The notes: a model not told the origin generated them from the sequence alone. Numbered from the stretch's first letter, positions 1-13,755 are shown. The stretch is 64,000 nt of DNA from the human T2T-CHM13v2.0 reference genome, Homo sapiens (GCF_009914755.1 NC_060925.1), one strand, 5' to 3'. Translations and numbers: made by a program.

Positions 1-1104
1 CAATTAATAATTTCTTGCTATAAAAATATTTTGAAAAGATTTTTCTAATTTGACTTCTGTAATAATTTGGTTATAAGCAACTGATTTATGTTCAGCTATG
101 ATTTCTCAGCAACCATTGTGCATTCTTCAGGATCCTTGAGAAAAGAGAAAATCAAATCTGCAAGCTTGTTTCAAATGTAAAGCAATTTTTAGGAATTTAG
201 CCATTAACAAAGTTGAACTAGTGTTTTAGAGGCATTTAATTAAACACCTTTTTGAAAAAATCTTGTGGTTTTCTTTTTCATATTTTGGAATCAATAATTT
301 CTTCCAGAATTCAAATATTTTCATGGGCCTCAAGCATGAATAAACTTCCTTCCCAATTTCCCCTCAAATGGCAAAGCCAGTCTATAACTTTTAAAGACAC
401 CTTACTGAAGGGTTAGCGACAAGCAAGTGGTTACATGTCCCTATTTATTCTGGCAATCTGAGTGTAATTATTACTAGCTTCCCTTTCATTCTCTAGGGTG
501 TGCCGATTTGGACCATCAACTGTATGGTCACTTTGAAAATAAAGGAAGGAAGTGCCATGGAAAAAAGGATGGCCCAGACCCAGACCTGCCCCAGGGTCCC
601 TTCCAAGAGGGCTCTAAGCCTTTCCCTGGCCGTCCCCCAAGGGGTCCAGGGACGCTCACCCTCCACCCCACCCCACCACCTCTAGGAATGTTCTAGGGAT
701 CTTCACACCATAGAGTCCAGAACAAATTGCCCCTAGTACCTGAAACAGAAAAGTCTTTTTCTTATGCCCAGTGAAGGCCTGCTTACCAAAGTCCTCATTT
801 CCTGCTGCAGGAATGACATCTTTCTTACAAGGCTGACAATGGACATTTTCATTTCCTTTTGTGCAAACCCTACTCCCATCTATAAGGGTGTGCTCTGGCC
901 CTATGACCCCAACAATAGAATTGCAAAACAGTTCCACATTGATAACTGTCCCAGAGTCTTAATCTATATATCTTTAAATCTTAAATCTTTTATGGAACAA
1001 GGCAGAATATCAGTTAATCAACCAATCAATTTCTCTTTTTAGCACCAATCAGATTGTATCATGATTAAATCCATGGGTCCCCCTCCCTCTTGGAGAGGGA
1101 TGTG

Positions 1105-1300
1105 GCTTCCTCATTCATCTCTGTATCCCCAGTGCCAAGCCCAGTCAGGCACACAGCAATGCTTGCTGAAGGATGAGAAGATAAATAAATATGACAGCAA
1201 TTTTCTCTTGGATTGTGAGCTCCTTGAGAGCAAGGATTGTGCTTGTCCATTTCTGTCTCCACCACCATATGCAATAGCTCATGGCAGATGCTCACTGGAG
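1105..1300 (+). mobile_element. Two degraded L2 LINE 3'-end fragments
   Basis: 'tctgtatccccagtgcc...ggcacacag' and 'tgtgagctccttgagagcaagga' resemble the L2 3' terminus. Confidence 0.6.
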
Positions 1301-1326
1301 GGCAGAGGCTCATGGAACATTTAATT

Positions 1327-1339
1327 GGATGGATGGATG

Positions 1340-1394
<55 letters not shown>
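1327..1394 (+). repeat. Compound tetranucleotide STR (GGAT)4(AGAT)13
   Basis: Read directly: 4 GGAT units (1327-1342) then 13 AGAT units (1343-1394). Confidence 0.97.
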
Positions 1395-1489
1395 GATGGG
1401 ATAGTTGCATAGATGGATGGTTGGATGCATGCTTAGAAGGATGAATTGTTAGCCTGGGAGACTGGGTGGGGTTCAGGAAGAAAACAGAG

Positions 1490-1672
1490 CTGCTTTGACC
1501 CCCTAATAGTTTCTCAGGTCTCAGCTCCAATTCCCATTCATGGCTGCCTTGTGGTTCCAATCCTTGAATTTCAAGAGAATTTTATGTGTTCTTATAATAA
1601 ACTTTCTTCTATTTGAGACAGTTTGATTTGAGCGGATCTGTTCTTTCTAACCAAAAGACCATGACTCAGATA
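1490..1672 (+). mobile_element. Old MaLR LTR (MLT1J/K/L-like) 3' part
   Basis: 'aataaactttcttctatttgagacagtttgatttgag...aaccaaaagaccatgactcagata' resembles the MLT1 LTR end. Confidence 0.55.
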
Positions 1673-2689
1673 GGAGCCCTCCCAGGTGGAGTTGGGGTAG
1701 GGGGGAACTAATACTTACCTCTTGACTGTACCACAAGTGGGTCTTAGGAAGCATGGCATATTCGTTCTTTCTTGAGGTCTTCCCTAAGACAAGGCTACAA
1801 AGCTAGGCTGGTTAGTGATGGTGGCTTAGCTCGGTTTAATGAGCCTGATGTGGGAGTGCAGGTCTGTGCCAAGTGTTGGGTGGACTTCTATGAACAACTT
1901 GGTTCTTGGTCCTTGCCCTTGGAGCAGTCCACCAGCTCCTAGCATCACTTCCAACAGTTGCCGCATCATCTCAGGTAAGTCACTCCCTATTCTGGGCCTC
2001 AATTCTCCATATATAAAATGTGACGTTGGAAGGAAATCACCGAGCTTTTCCCTCTTTAACATTTTAAGGTTATGTGATTTGCCCAAGGTCACCAATATAA
2101 CCCTGTTCTAAAAGATTCCTACTCTTTAGGTGGGATCACAGGCTTTAGCTCACCAATTCTGATGCAAAGCCCCACCCCTTTTACCAGTGTTCACACAAGC
2201 ACAGAGAATATAGTTTGATTCTGTCATTTTTCTGAAGATATGTCAGTTCACCCACTCCTCTAACTCACATTCCTCCTGACACCCAGGATTCCTTCCGCAT
2301 TTTTCCTGGCTTAAATCCAGCCCACCTTTTAGGCCAGTCCTCTCCCCCAGGGTACCTTCCCTGCTCCCTCTTTTGGAAATGACATCTCCTTCCTGGCACC
2401 CTCTGCAGGGTGAAGTACCTGCCTTATGTCACAACAGGTTCCATCTCCCTGGTGTGATTTCCTTTGCAGGATGGTGAGTTCCCAGGAGGCAGACAGAGCT
2501 GAGTCTACTCACCCCTCTGAGAGGGGCTTGCTCGGGGCTCTGCACACAGTAGACACCACTGAATGTTTAATGGTATGGACAGCTAGGCAGTGATTTTTAT
2601 GATATTGTAGAAGGATAGTTTATGACCTAGTAAATATTTGGATTATTGTTAGATTTTCCTTAAATGCCAATCACAAAACAGCAGGTATT

Positions 2690-2900
2690 CTATAATATAA
2701 CATTTAGCTAAAATGTATTTGAAGGAGCGTGGGGAGATGTGTGCTCAAGACATCATTCGTGGTGGCAGGATCTGGGGTGACTCTAATTTTCTTCTTTCAG
2801 CATATCTGTATTTCTAAACATTCTAGAGTGAGCATGTTTTCACTTTCAGAATGGGAAAAAAGAGAAAAGCAATTTAAAAATAAATAAGTAAATGTTTAAT
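2690..2900 (+). mobile_element. Ancient L1ME 3'-end fragment
   Basis: 'gtggcaggatctggggtgactctaattttcttctttcag...gagcatgttttcacttt' followed by an A-rich tail. Confidence 0.55.
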
Positions 2901-3149
2901 GAATGAAAGTGCCAGGCTCTAACACGTTATGGGAGACTCTAATTTGGAGCTGGATCTTGGAACAGAAGTCATCCTCTGCCAGGAAGACCCCCCACCCCCC
3001 GCCGCCTCACCACCACCACTCAGCCATTGCCAGTGGAACTCCAGCATGCTCCTGACTGTGAAATTGCTCCTACAGAGTTTGCAATGATCACTCGTGGTCC
3101 AGCAGGAGTCATGGTACCCAGCTTTGCTGACAGTGATAACCACAACCCC

Positions 3150-3380
3150 TCCATGTCTACAGCACTTTATATTTGACATACTATAAAGCTTTTTACATAC
3201 ACCTCCTCATGTGTTCCTTATAATTCTGCAAGGAAAGTATTAATGCCTCCTAGTACCTATGTGGAAACTGGGGCCTAGAGAGTGACTGATGAGGTGGAGG
3301 TCAAAGTCACGAGCTAGCAAGGGGTAGAGCTGGGATTTGGACCCCTGCCTTTCACTCAAGCCAGGTCCTCTTCCTCCAGT
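3150..3380 (-). mobile_element. MIR SINE
   Basis: MIR core 'ggaaactggggcctagagag...gtcac...gagctgggatttggaccc'. Confidence 0.7.
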
Positions 3381-5579
3381 GCGTGCAAATCTCCTGATGT
3401 GCAAATCAGAAACGGTGTCTAGGGTGACAAGGTACCCATATTTCTGTATGCACCAGGATGGTTCAGTCCCCAGGAAGGCAGGTTGAGGGAAGAGCCATTT
3501 TCTGCCTGGAATCTGCAATGCTGAGGAGCTCTCCAAGGAAGGCCCCCACAGGAGCAATCCCTCCCTCCCAGCTAGAGGGAGACCATCTGCTGCCGCCTAT
3601 GTAAACCAATGCCTTGGGCGCCACAGTGGCATACAGGGCAGCAGCAGGTGTGGTCAAGCAGCGCTGGTGCTGGCAGAAAGCTGGGAAGCATTTCTGCTGG
3701 GAGATGTGGTCTGTGTCTGGAACCCACGGCGGAATCCACCTCTCTTGGAGTGGAATCTGGGGCTGAGCTTGGGCTACACTGCAGCAGGGAGAGGCACAGC
3801 CGGGGAGGCCCAAATGCCAGGGCCCCTCTCTTTCTATTTCCTGCAGGTGGGGGAAACCTCTGTCCTCAGAGATCAGACAAATCCTCAGAAGTTTTCCATC
3901 TGCTGTCACCATCTCACCACAAGACCAATTCTTCCACTCCTCTACAGATGTCATGTAGATCCATTGACAAACTTCTAAAAATTAATTACATTTTTATGAA
4001 ATAAAATTATAAGAAAAATAAAATACAAAATACTAGGGAAGATATTAAATATTGAATTTGTATATAACTTCCAAATTAAATCATTTCAAATGTTTTAATG
4101 AGAAACTTGAGTTTGCTTCTGGAAATATTTTTTTAATATCAGGTTTTATACTGGAAATGATTACACACAATTGATCAACTGACTCCACAGAAATAAGCAA
4201 AACTTTTAACGAGGAGCTTTTCAAATTCTTGACAGGCACCATTAATGAGACAGTTTGCTCTCACGTACGATAAAATATTTAAAATCATTTTTAGGCGAGT
4301 ATTTAACGCAATGATTGAAATTAGATTTACAGAATTGAATGGGTCGTTTCTTTATTGACAAAAGTAACATTGGAATTTCTTTTGCTAAAGCCGGTGTGTG
4401 TAGGAACCAATCAAACTTTTCCCCATCGAGTATTTCAAAATAACCATGCAGCTCCGGTCTGCAGACCAGAAACGCACTGTTGGAGGAGTCAGCCTGCAGT
4501 GGTCCTCGATGCCTCCAAATGGGCAAAGCAGGAAGGGCAGAAATATCCAACTGCATGTGAAATCAGATCCAGGGTCACTGGATCTCGCCGCCCCCCGCCC
4601 TGCCCCCTACCTCCTTGACCCCAGCCTGGGCTGAGGACACCTTGGACATCTGGAACACAAATTACAGACACTCTAAGGGGCCCTTGATGACCTGAACAGC
4701 GGTGTGCTCTGTAATCCACTGCTGTAAGTGTCCAAGGGGGAGGGAACTTCCTTGACCACACCCAGCCCATTTCAGCAGAGTAGGGAGTGCTAGATGCCAC
4801 ACATCCTGCCAGACACTCTTAGGAAACTCAGGGTGCCCTCCTTAAATCCCACCAAGGAGCCCCAGCCCAGGCTGCTCCCTGCCAGAGACAACTAGCCCAA
4901 GAACTCCAGATGCCCCAGGGGCCACTTGGCTGCTTGGAGGGTGAGTAAGGATGGGGGCATCAGTATTTCCTGGTCCATCAGGTGGGAGAGTCTGGCTTGG
5001 AGGTGCCACCTGCTAAGAGAAGCTGAAGGTCTGGAATTTACCAGGAGGAATTTTTAGCCAGCTTTAGAACAGTGTTGGAGAGCTGTGCTTTGGAGAAGGG
5101 GACCCAGTGGCAAAAGAGGCAGTGCCCAGAGTTAACGTCATTGGGATGGTCAGCCAGCAAAAGCCACATGGATAATGGGGACTTGGCCCACATAGGACCT
5201 GAGGCCCCTTCCCTTCTATTCTCCTAGATCTACAAGAACCCTCTGAAAGGATCTGAAAAGTACATGGGACCAAGGCTTTTCTCCAAACCACCATGCAGGC
5301 ATCAACCACAGGAATGAGAGGCCTGAGCTGAGACCGGCATCCTTACTGTTGAGGGAGAGGAGGAGGGAGAGACCGGAGGCAAAATTAGAGAGGACCCAGC
5401 CAGGATGGAGAAAGTGAGATTGGGAGAATGAGACAAACGGAAGTAAAGACAGAGACCGGGAGAGAGAGGCAGAGAGCTGGACCTGGGAGAGATACAGATG
5501 GAGAGAGGCGGAGATGGAAGGAGCCGAAGGGACCAGAGAGAGCGTGGACGGGAGGAAGACAGACACGAAGAACTTAAGA

Positions 5580-6125
5580 GGGGAGCGCGCCCAGGATGGG
5601 AGCGAGCCAGAGAGGAGGGGGCGGCGGCGGCGAGAGCGGGCGGGGGACACGGGGACCGGGAGACGCGATCCGGAGAGCGGTGGGAAGTATTCGCCTCCGT
5701 TCCTCAAACACAGGATGCGAGCGCCCTTTGGAGAAGTCGCGCTCGGCGGAAACGCTAACTCCCCGGCCAAGTGCAAATGTAAAGAGGCCCTGAGAGCACT
5801 TTGTGCAAATATCAGGCCGGGAAGTGCTGCGCCCGCGGAGCTGCCGGGCACCTCGGCGCCCCCGCGCCCTCGGCTGCGCGCTAATTCACTTTGCCGTCAC
5901 CTCTCGGGCGGGGTCGGGCGGGCGCGGGCAGCCGGAGCGCGCAGAGGGCGCAGAGCGCCTCGCAGGGCCAGGGGCCGCGGCCCTGCCTAATGGAGCAAAA
6001 GACAGATCAGCAGAAGCAAGGCAGGTGGGGCGGGAGCGGGAGCGTGGACATCCGGCACGAAGTCAGAGAAGAAGCCGCAGAGACTCGGAGGAGAGAGCGC
6101 TGGGCTGCTCAGGACCTGGCCTCGA
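5580..6125. promoter_or_regulatory. CpG island (orphan; no coding exon seen)
   Basis: ~545 bp, very GC-rich, about 60 CpG by manual count in an otherwise CpG-depleted window; GC boxes at ~5907-5930. Confidence 0.9.
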
Positions 6126-6149
6126 GTTTGGGGCTTCCAGGTTGTCAGG

Positions 6150-6822
6150 AATGGAGACTCTCAGCAAGACCTCCACAGCCTCCGTTTACTCCTCTATAAA
6201 ATAGGAAAATAAAGCCTTTCCTGTTCACCTCAGGGGGCTTTTGTGAGGCTGGAATGTGAAGTGATTTGGAAAGCAATAAAGTTCATATATGCCAACTCCT
6301 GATAACAATAGCTAGCCCTTTCACAACTGTGTAGGTGAAAAAGGGCTCTACAGACATTTGCTCGTGTGGTCCTTACAAATACCATCACTTATGCCCATTT
6401 TACAGATTATCAAACTGAGGCACAGGGAGGTTAAGTCACTCATCCAAGGTCAGACAGCCGGTAGCTGGCTGGTGAACCCCGACAACCTGGCTTCAGAGTC
6501 TATGCCACTCTATAGTGCAGGGGCAGATTTTATTAAGGCCCACATTTTACATATGAGCAAACGGAGGTTCAAAACGCTGGGGCCATGCTCTATGTCCTAT
6601 AGACAGTAAGTAGCAAAATCAGGACTTGGGGCTTCAGGCACAGAAGAGTACATGGAAAGAACATGGACTGTGGGGTTAAGTAACTTAGGTTCAGTGTCTT
6701 GTTCTGCTGCTGTGTAACATCAAAGTGTTGATTTAGCGTCTATAATGGGGGGTATTGACCATGTCCATCAGATTACTGTAAAGATTAAATGAGGAACCTG
6801 ACACATAGTTGGCACTCAGTAA
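6150..6822. mobile_element. Cluster of MIR fragments, both orientations
   Basis: 'cagcctccgtttactcctctataaaatagg' (+), 'ccattttacag...aaactgaggcacagggaggttaagtcact' (-), 'gattaaatgag...cacatagttggcactcagtaa' (+). Confidence 0.7.
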
Positions 6823-7465
6823 GTTCATTTGGTCAATGTCTATCCAGACTGTGCTGGGTCCTGAGGATGCGGTGATGACAAAGATAACAAAGTCCCCTGC
6901 CCTAGGGGGACTTGCCTTGTCATTGGGGAGACAGAGGACAAATAAACAAATCATTACAGATGGTGCCTAGGAAGGCTAGGAAGGTAATGAAGAGCATGCT
7001 AGAATAAATTCATATAAGGAAACGACTGCACACAGGAGATCTAGTAAGGCCTCTCTGAGAAGGTGATATTGAAGCTGAAAGATGAGATGAAGCCAACCAG
7101 GAGGAGAACTGGGAATCGTGTCCAGGATAAAGGACAGCCAGTGCAAAGGTGCTGGGGTAGAGAAGAGCTTGGCAGACTCCAGGAACTGGTAGCAGAAGCA
7201 GAGTGAATGGAAAACACAAGGGCAGAAAAGGGGTTCAGAGACTGTGTAAGCCGGAGATTTTATCCTAAGCCTAATGAGAAGTCACAGAAGACTTTTAGGT
7301 AGGGGTGACATGATCCAATTAAAAATCACCCTGGCTGCCACGTGGAGACTGGAGAGGAGCAAGAGTGAAGGCAGAAATTGTTATAGGAGGTGAGGGTCTA
7401 TCCAGGATGGAACCAAGAGATGTCAAGGGAGAAGAAAAGCTATGGATGGATGCAAAAATATTTTA
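6823..7465 (-). mobile_element. L2 LINE fragment
   Basis: 'actgtgctgggtcctgaggatgc...aaagtcccctgccc', 'cagccagtgcaaaggtgctgggg', 'tcaccctggctgc'. Confidence 0.75.
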
Positions 7466-8529
7466 GTACCATGTAAATGCTGACTGCCGCTCACGTTTTC
7501 ATCATCGATTAGTGCTATCTGGTCTGAGGCTCAGTTTCCAGGTCTAGTGGAATGAATGGGTTTCCCACGTCCCACTGGGAACACAGGGCAGTGGCTCTCA
7601 GTTACTTCCTGAGCTGGGTTGAGGATCAGGCTGGCCCACTGCTCGTCAAAGGCCATAGATCAAATGACAGGTCTTGGGACTGTGGGCACTGACCCCAGGA
7701 CCCAGAGACTGGAATCTTTGCAAGACTGGCTCTCTCTCCTCCATCCTCCTCCTGTCTGCTGGGTTAGGCCTGTGAGGGTGGAAGAAATGAATCAGCCATG
7801 GCTTCAAGGTGAAGTATTCAGGGGGGCCGGTCACTTTGGAGGAGATCTCAGGAGAGAAAGTGGGGATTTTCCTGTTGTGTTTCTTTAAGCATTTGTTGTT
7901 GAAATGGAAGTTACAATCCAAGCTAATTTGAATAACAGAATCATAGGAAAAACACCCTCTAACCACAAAAATGAATATTCAACATTCCCACCTTATCTTC
8001 TTTGCTTTGTAGGGCTGTTTCTCAGCTGCATATTAAATGGCCCCTTCATGTGAAGCTGGCAGAGCGGTGGTTTTGCAAGACAGAATGCTGCTGGGCTAAG
8101 GTGCTAAATTCAGAACATAAGTCATTCTGGGCCCCCAGAATTTCAAGGATCTTACAGAGACAAGCCTAGCACCAAAGGGAAGGTGGGAGGACTGGGGTAA
8201 GTTTGGATCAAGACCATGGAGTGTATTGAGTGAGAACTGAGTGTTCCTGACCAGCTCTCACAAGCCCAGAAGTTGCCAAGCCTGTCCTAACCCTGGTGGG
8301 GCTCATAGGGAAACCCTTCAAGAGAGGAGCATCTGCTGTGTGGATATCTCCAATGGTAGCCCTGATAAATGAGTATTGTGTGCCCGGAGGTGCCACTGCA
8401 GAAATCCCACAAGTTGTGTTGATATTGAAAACTGAGACTTCCCTGGATTCAGCTGGCTCCTGAGAAGTACTCAAGATACTGATATTCTCTGCCATCCACC
8501 TTTTCCAGCCATGCAAGGCTTCTATGTAC

Positions 8530-8880
8530 TCAGTGGCCTGCACCAGATGCACCGTTCTACATGCAGTTCCCTGAACACAACACTAACTTTCCTGTCTCCT
8601 TGCCTTGCTGTGCTGTACTTTCTTCCAGGAATGCCTTTCCTCCCGATTGGACTCCTAGCAGATATCTGCTCCATGTTGCCTCTGCTTGTGTTTCCTGGCA
8701 CCCACCCACACCAGGTTCCCACAGGACTTACACATTGTGCTGTGCTGGAATGACCTGTTTTTGTGTCCTCCACCAAACTAGATTGTAGATTCCCCAAAGG
8801 GGTCTCTGCATCTGCAGCTCTTGGGCAGAATCTGGCACCCAGCCAAGGCCAACCCAGGCATATTTATGCACAAATGAGAC
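8530..8880 (+). mobile_element. L2 LINE 3' fragment
   Basis: 'gttccctgaacac...ccaggaatgcctttcc...ctagattgtagattcccc'. Confidence 0.6.
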
Positions 8881-8939
8881 AGTGGCTTTGGGATGAGACT
8901 TGTGGGTGACCAAAAAATAGAGAAATAGTAAATATGTTG

Positions 8940-9749
<810 letters not shown>

Positions 9750-9750
<1 letters not shown>

Positions 9751-11245
9751 GCTGCTACTTCTTCCAGCCTCTTTTCTTACTGTTCTCCTCCCCACTCACT
9801 GTGCTACAGCCACATTGGTGTCCTAGCTGTTCTTCGGTACACTAAGCACATTTTCCCCTCAGGGCCTTTGCACTTGCTGCCCCCATAGCTTGGAAAGCTC
9901 TTCCTCTAGAAATTAAAACGTCTTTTCTACCTAGGCAGTACCATTCAGGACACAGGCACAGGCAAAGATTTCATGGCGAAGATGCCAAAAGCAATTGCAA
10001 CAAAAGCAAAAATTGACAAATGGGATCTAATTAAACTAAAGATTTTCTGCACAGCAAAAGAAACTATCAACAGAGTAAACAGACAGAATGTGAGAAAAAT
10101 TTTGCAAACTACACATCTGACAAAGGTCTAATATCCAGTATCTATAAGGAACTTAAACAAATTTACAAGAAAAAAAACAAGCAACCTGTTAAAGGTGGGC
10201 AAAGGACACGAACAGACACTTCTCAAAAGAAGACATAACATGTATGTGGCCAAAAATCATATGAAAAAAACTCAACATCACTGATCATTAGAGAAATGCA
10301 AATCAAAACCATGAGATACCATCTCACACCAGTCAGAATGGCTATTTTTAAAAAATCAAAAAATAATGGATGTTGGCAAAAGAATGCTTACACACTGTTG
10401 GTGGGAATGTAAATTAGTTCAACCATCGTGGGAGACAGTGTGGCGATTCCTCAATGACCCAAAGACAGAAATAACATTTGACCCAGCAATCCCATTAATG
10501 GGTATATACCCAAAGGAATATAAATCATTCTATTATAAAGACACATACATGCTTATGTTCATTGCAGCACTATTCACAATAGCAATGGAATCAATCTAAA
10601 TGCCCATCAATGACAGACTGGATAAAGAAAATGTGGTACATATACACCATGGAATACTATGCAGCCATAAAAAAGAATGAGATTATGTCCTTTTCAGGGA
10701 CAGAGCTGGAGCTAGAGGCCATTATCCTTAGCAAACTAACACAGGAACAGAAAACCAAATACCAAGTGTTCTCACTTACAAGCGGAAGCTAAATGCTGAG
10801 AACACATGACACATACAGGGGAAGAACAAACACTGGGGCCTATCGAAGGGTGGGAGTGAGAGGAGGGAGAGGATCAGGAGAAATAACTAATGGGTACTAG
10901 GCCTAATACCTGGGTGAGAAAATAATCTGCACAACCAACCCCCATGACACATATTTACCTATGTAACATACCTGCACATATACCCCGAACTTAAAAGTTA
11001 AAAAATAGAATGTCTTCCTCCCTCACTTCAATCATATTGCTGCCCATTTGTCACCTCCAGAGAAACACATTCCCTGACCACTCCATCGAAACCTAATATC
11101 TGTTTACTGTCTGCCTCTCCCACTATAATATAAACTCCTTGAGAGCAGGGCCTTGGTCTTATTCATGGATGTATCTCCAGTGCCTTGAACGGCCTATCAC
11201 ACAGCAGGTGCTCATTAAATATTTGCCAAATGAACAAAATGAATC
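9750..11245 (+). mobile_element. L2a fragment split by an L1 (parts 9750-9914 and 11010-11245)
   Basis: 'cctcagggcctttgcacttgctg' before the L1; 'aaactccttgagagcaggg...gtgctcattaaatatttg' after it. Confidence 0.75.
9929..11005 (+). mobile_element. 5'-truncated L1PA10-13-like LINE-1 (ORF2 C-terminus and 3'UTR)
   Basis: ORF-track peptides '[11 protein letters not shown]' and 'WIKKMWYIYTMEYYAAIK'; 3'UTR 'aataactaatgggtactaggc'; degraded TSD aaaacgtcttttct / agaatgtcttcct. Confidence 0.92.
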
Positions 11246-11527
11246 ACCTCATACATTCCCATTCACAATAACCCTTTCTTGTGTTAATTTCTACAAAAGA
11301 GTCTCATGAGGATGAGTCTCATGAAGTCTCAAGAGTCTCATGAAGGAAGATTCATCACCAATGGCATGTTCAATAGACAAGTCATAGAGGCAAGGAAGAG
11401 GCGGGAACTCACCCTGACAGTACCTGCCCTGCTGGGCACCATCATGTACATTATTTCATTTAATCTCTACAGGAAAGCTGTGAGGCACAATTATTTCCCC
11501 CAAATTTCAAAGCTAAAAGGGCTACAT

Positions 11528-11932
11528 AACATTAGAATTCGTTGGTTGTAAGCAACAGGAGTAATGTTTACTAACGTAGGCAAAGAGGGAATTCTCAATA
11601 GGAGGAATGAGGTCATTCACAAGATTGAAGGAAAAACTTCAAAAAAGATGGAGAGCAGAGCAGCTGCAGAGACCCAGGCCCGAGGTGCCAATGGTTCCCA
11701 CTGGCATTTGACCTGCTGTCTCTCTGTTCAAGATTCAGATTCCTTCCCAAGGGAGAGTCTGATTGGCAGAGCTTGGATCATGTGACTCCCCTTAGCCAGG
11801 AGAGGTGAGGAGAACTTGATTGACAGGCTTACAAGCACCGCACAGGATGGGAGATGGGGCTGCCCAAGGGAAATGGAGATGCTATTAGCAGACAAATGAG
11901 GACAGGACAAAACAAGAGCAGGTCACTTCCAG
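11528..11932 (-). mobile_element. Old MaLR solo LTR (MLT1K/L-like)
   Basis: 'ttggttgtaagcaacagg', 'gagagtctgattggcagagcttggatcatgtg'. Confidence 0.65.
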
Positions 11933-12929
11933 GGCTCACAGATCACGGATCCAATGCCCTGCTTGTGCAGAAGCTCAGAGGGGCAAGTGCTCAGCCCACG
12001 GTCACACAGGGCGGACACAGGTCCAACACATAGGCCTCCTGGCCCCAGACTTGTGTGAACGTCAAGTCTCACCAGAAGTGGGTATCCAGATCCTTTTACT
12101 TCAAACAAGCCCACAAGGAACAACTCTTGCTCTCGTCATGCTTGGAGGTCTTAGCACCACTGTGGACTTTCTTCCACGGTCTCTGAATCCAGGCTCTAAA
12201 ATACACCCACTCAAAGGCTCTTCTGAACTTCTTTAACTGCTGCACTGATGGCCACTGGATCTCAAGTGAGAACTAGCATTGCCGACTTCAGGAAGTGACT
12301 GTCATAACTAATTTATTTTCATGTCTGTTGTGAAGCCCTCCTGGGGTGGTATAATCCACAGATACAAGCCTGCTTCACCTCTACTAGAAGGGTTTTAAAA
12401 ATGAAATTAGACATGTTTTTGAGGCAAAATCTCTCACAGCTAACTCCCTGGTTTGGCACAAATTCTCTTAGCATTCGTGACCAAAGGAGACTCCTCCAAA
12501 CCATTTCCTGTCATCTCCTCTGAGCTGTCAACTTTGATTATTCCTTTCCTGGTACTGTGCCTTGTCTTATACTAAAGGAATAATAAATACCTCCTTTCCC
12601 TTTTCTAAATCTAGGACTACCCTGGCACTTTCTATTTCCTACTTTACACAAAACTTTTCAGAAGAAGCTCAAAGGCAATGGCAGCAGTTGCAATAATAAA
12701 TCACTAGGGAATGAGACCGAGGCTGTTTCTAGGCAGTGACCCAGGAACTGGCTTGTTTGTCCAACATGTGGTGAGCCTACTATGTGCCAGGCCTTCCCCT
12801 GTTCTTCCCTCACTGGGCCATTGGCAGTCAGTGTCTTCAGCCATCAGTCAACCAGAACTGCTCTCTGTGGTCCCCCATGGAAGTCCCCTTTCAGCCCTCA
12901 TTCCCATTCACTTCTTAGCAACGTTTCTT

Positions 12930-13440
12930 CACCTTGTTCTTCTGTATCCTCCTCACCAGAGCGCAAGCTGCCTGAGGGGGGGACTTTTGTTTTGATCACC
13001 ACTGACATATCTGCCTCAGAATCCAGAATAGTGCCTGGCACATAGTAGGCACTCAATAAATAGCTGTTGTATGAACAGACGGATGAACCAATGAACCAAT
13101 AAATGAATGGATCCCTCGTTTCCTTGGAACTCCCTAAATCCCCACACACCAGTATCTCTGGATTCTAGCACAGTGCCTGACACATAGTAAGCGCTTTAAA
13201 AATGTGCAATATGCTTGAATAAAATTCTCCTCCCCCTTCTCACTTTGCTCCTTCCCCTCCTTCCTCAGGAATTTCTTTGTCCCTCCTCCTCCCCTTGGCC
13301 CCTTATTAAGTGTCTACAGTCCTTGGGGTTTTGTCCTTGTTCCTCTGCAATTCCCACTCTGCAGAAAATGCTCTGTGAGTGATCTCATCCACTCCCACGC
13401 TTTCAGCTTCCATCCCCACACCGATGCATGAAGCTGAAAG
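12930..13440 (+). mobile_element. L2 fragments (two 3' tails and an internal piece)
   Basis: 'agtgcctggcacatagtaggcactcaataaata', 'agcacagtgcctgacacatagtaagcg', 'gtgatctcatccactcccac'. Confidence 0.7.
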
Positions 13441-13755
13441 TAGAAAAAAAAAAAAAAAACTAAACTAAAAACCGAAATCATTGACTTGGAAGTCCTTAGG
13501 AACCTCAAAGCTTGGCAGGTTGAAGGTGTGGCAGAATAATGGATTGAAAATTTAATTTACATTTTGTTTTCCCTGATGTAAGAGAGTCAGAGAAATGATG
13601 CGTATTTTATTCTCTGTAATTTTTCCTCACCAATTCTAAGAAAGTACCCAGGACATCTTGCCTCGGGGACGGTGGTGTTGGCTAGACTGAGGGCAAAATT
13701 AGCCTGAAGCCTGGCACTTGCCTTTGAAAACAAACTCAGCAAGATAATTCTGGGT

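Noticed and set aside
1-330. Possible hAT transposase C-terminal relic
   Set aside because: Only a faint resemblance, with stops. Not supportable by eye.
5938-5953. CTCF-like 'cgcgcagagggcgc'
   Set aside because: The 3' half matches but the key 5' CC(A/G) positions do not, and such matches are common in GC-rich DNA.
5216-6204. Long overlapping ORFs (up to 211 aa) over the CpG island
   Set aside because: Several frames on both strands are open, and the products are low-complexity R/G/A/S/L-rich, as expected from GC/GA-rich DNA.
11299-11343. GAGTCTCATGA repeated three times
   Set aside because: Tiny irregular slippage repeat with no spacer structure or evident function.
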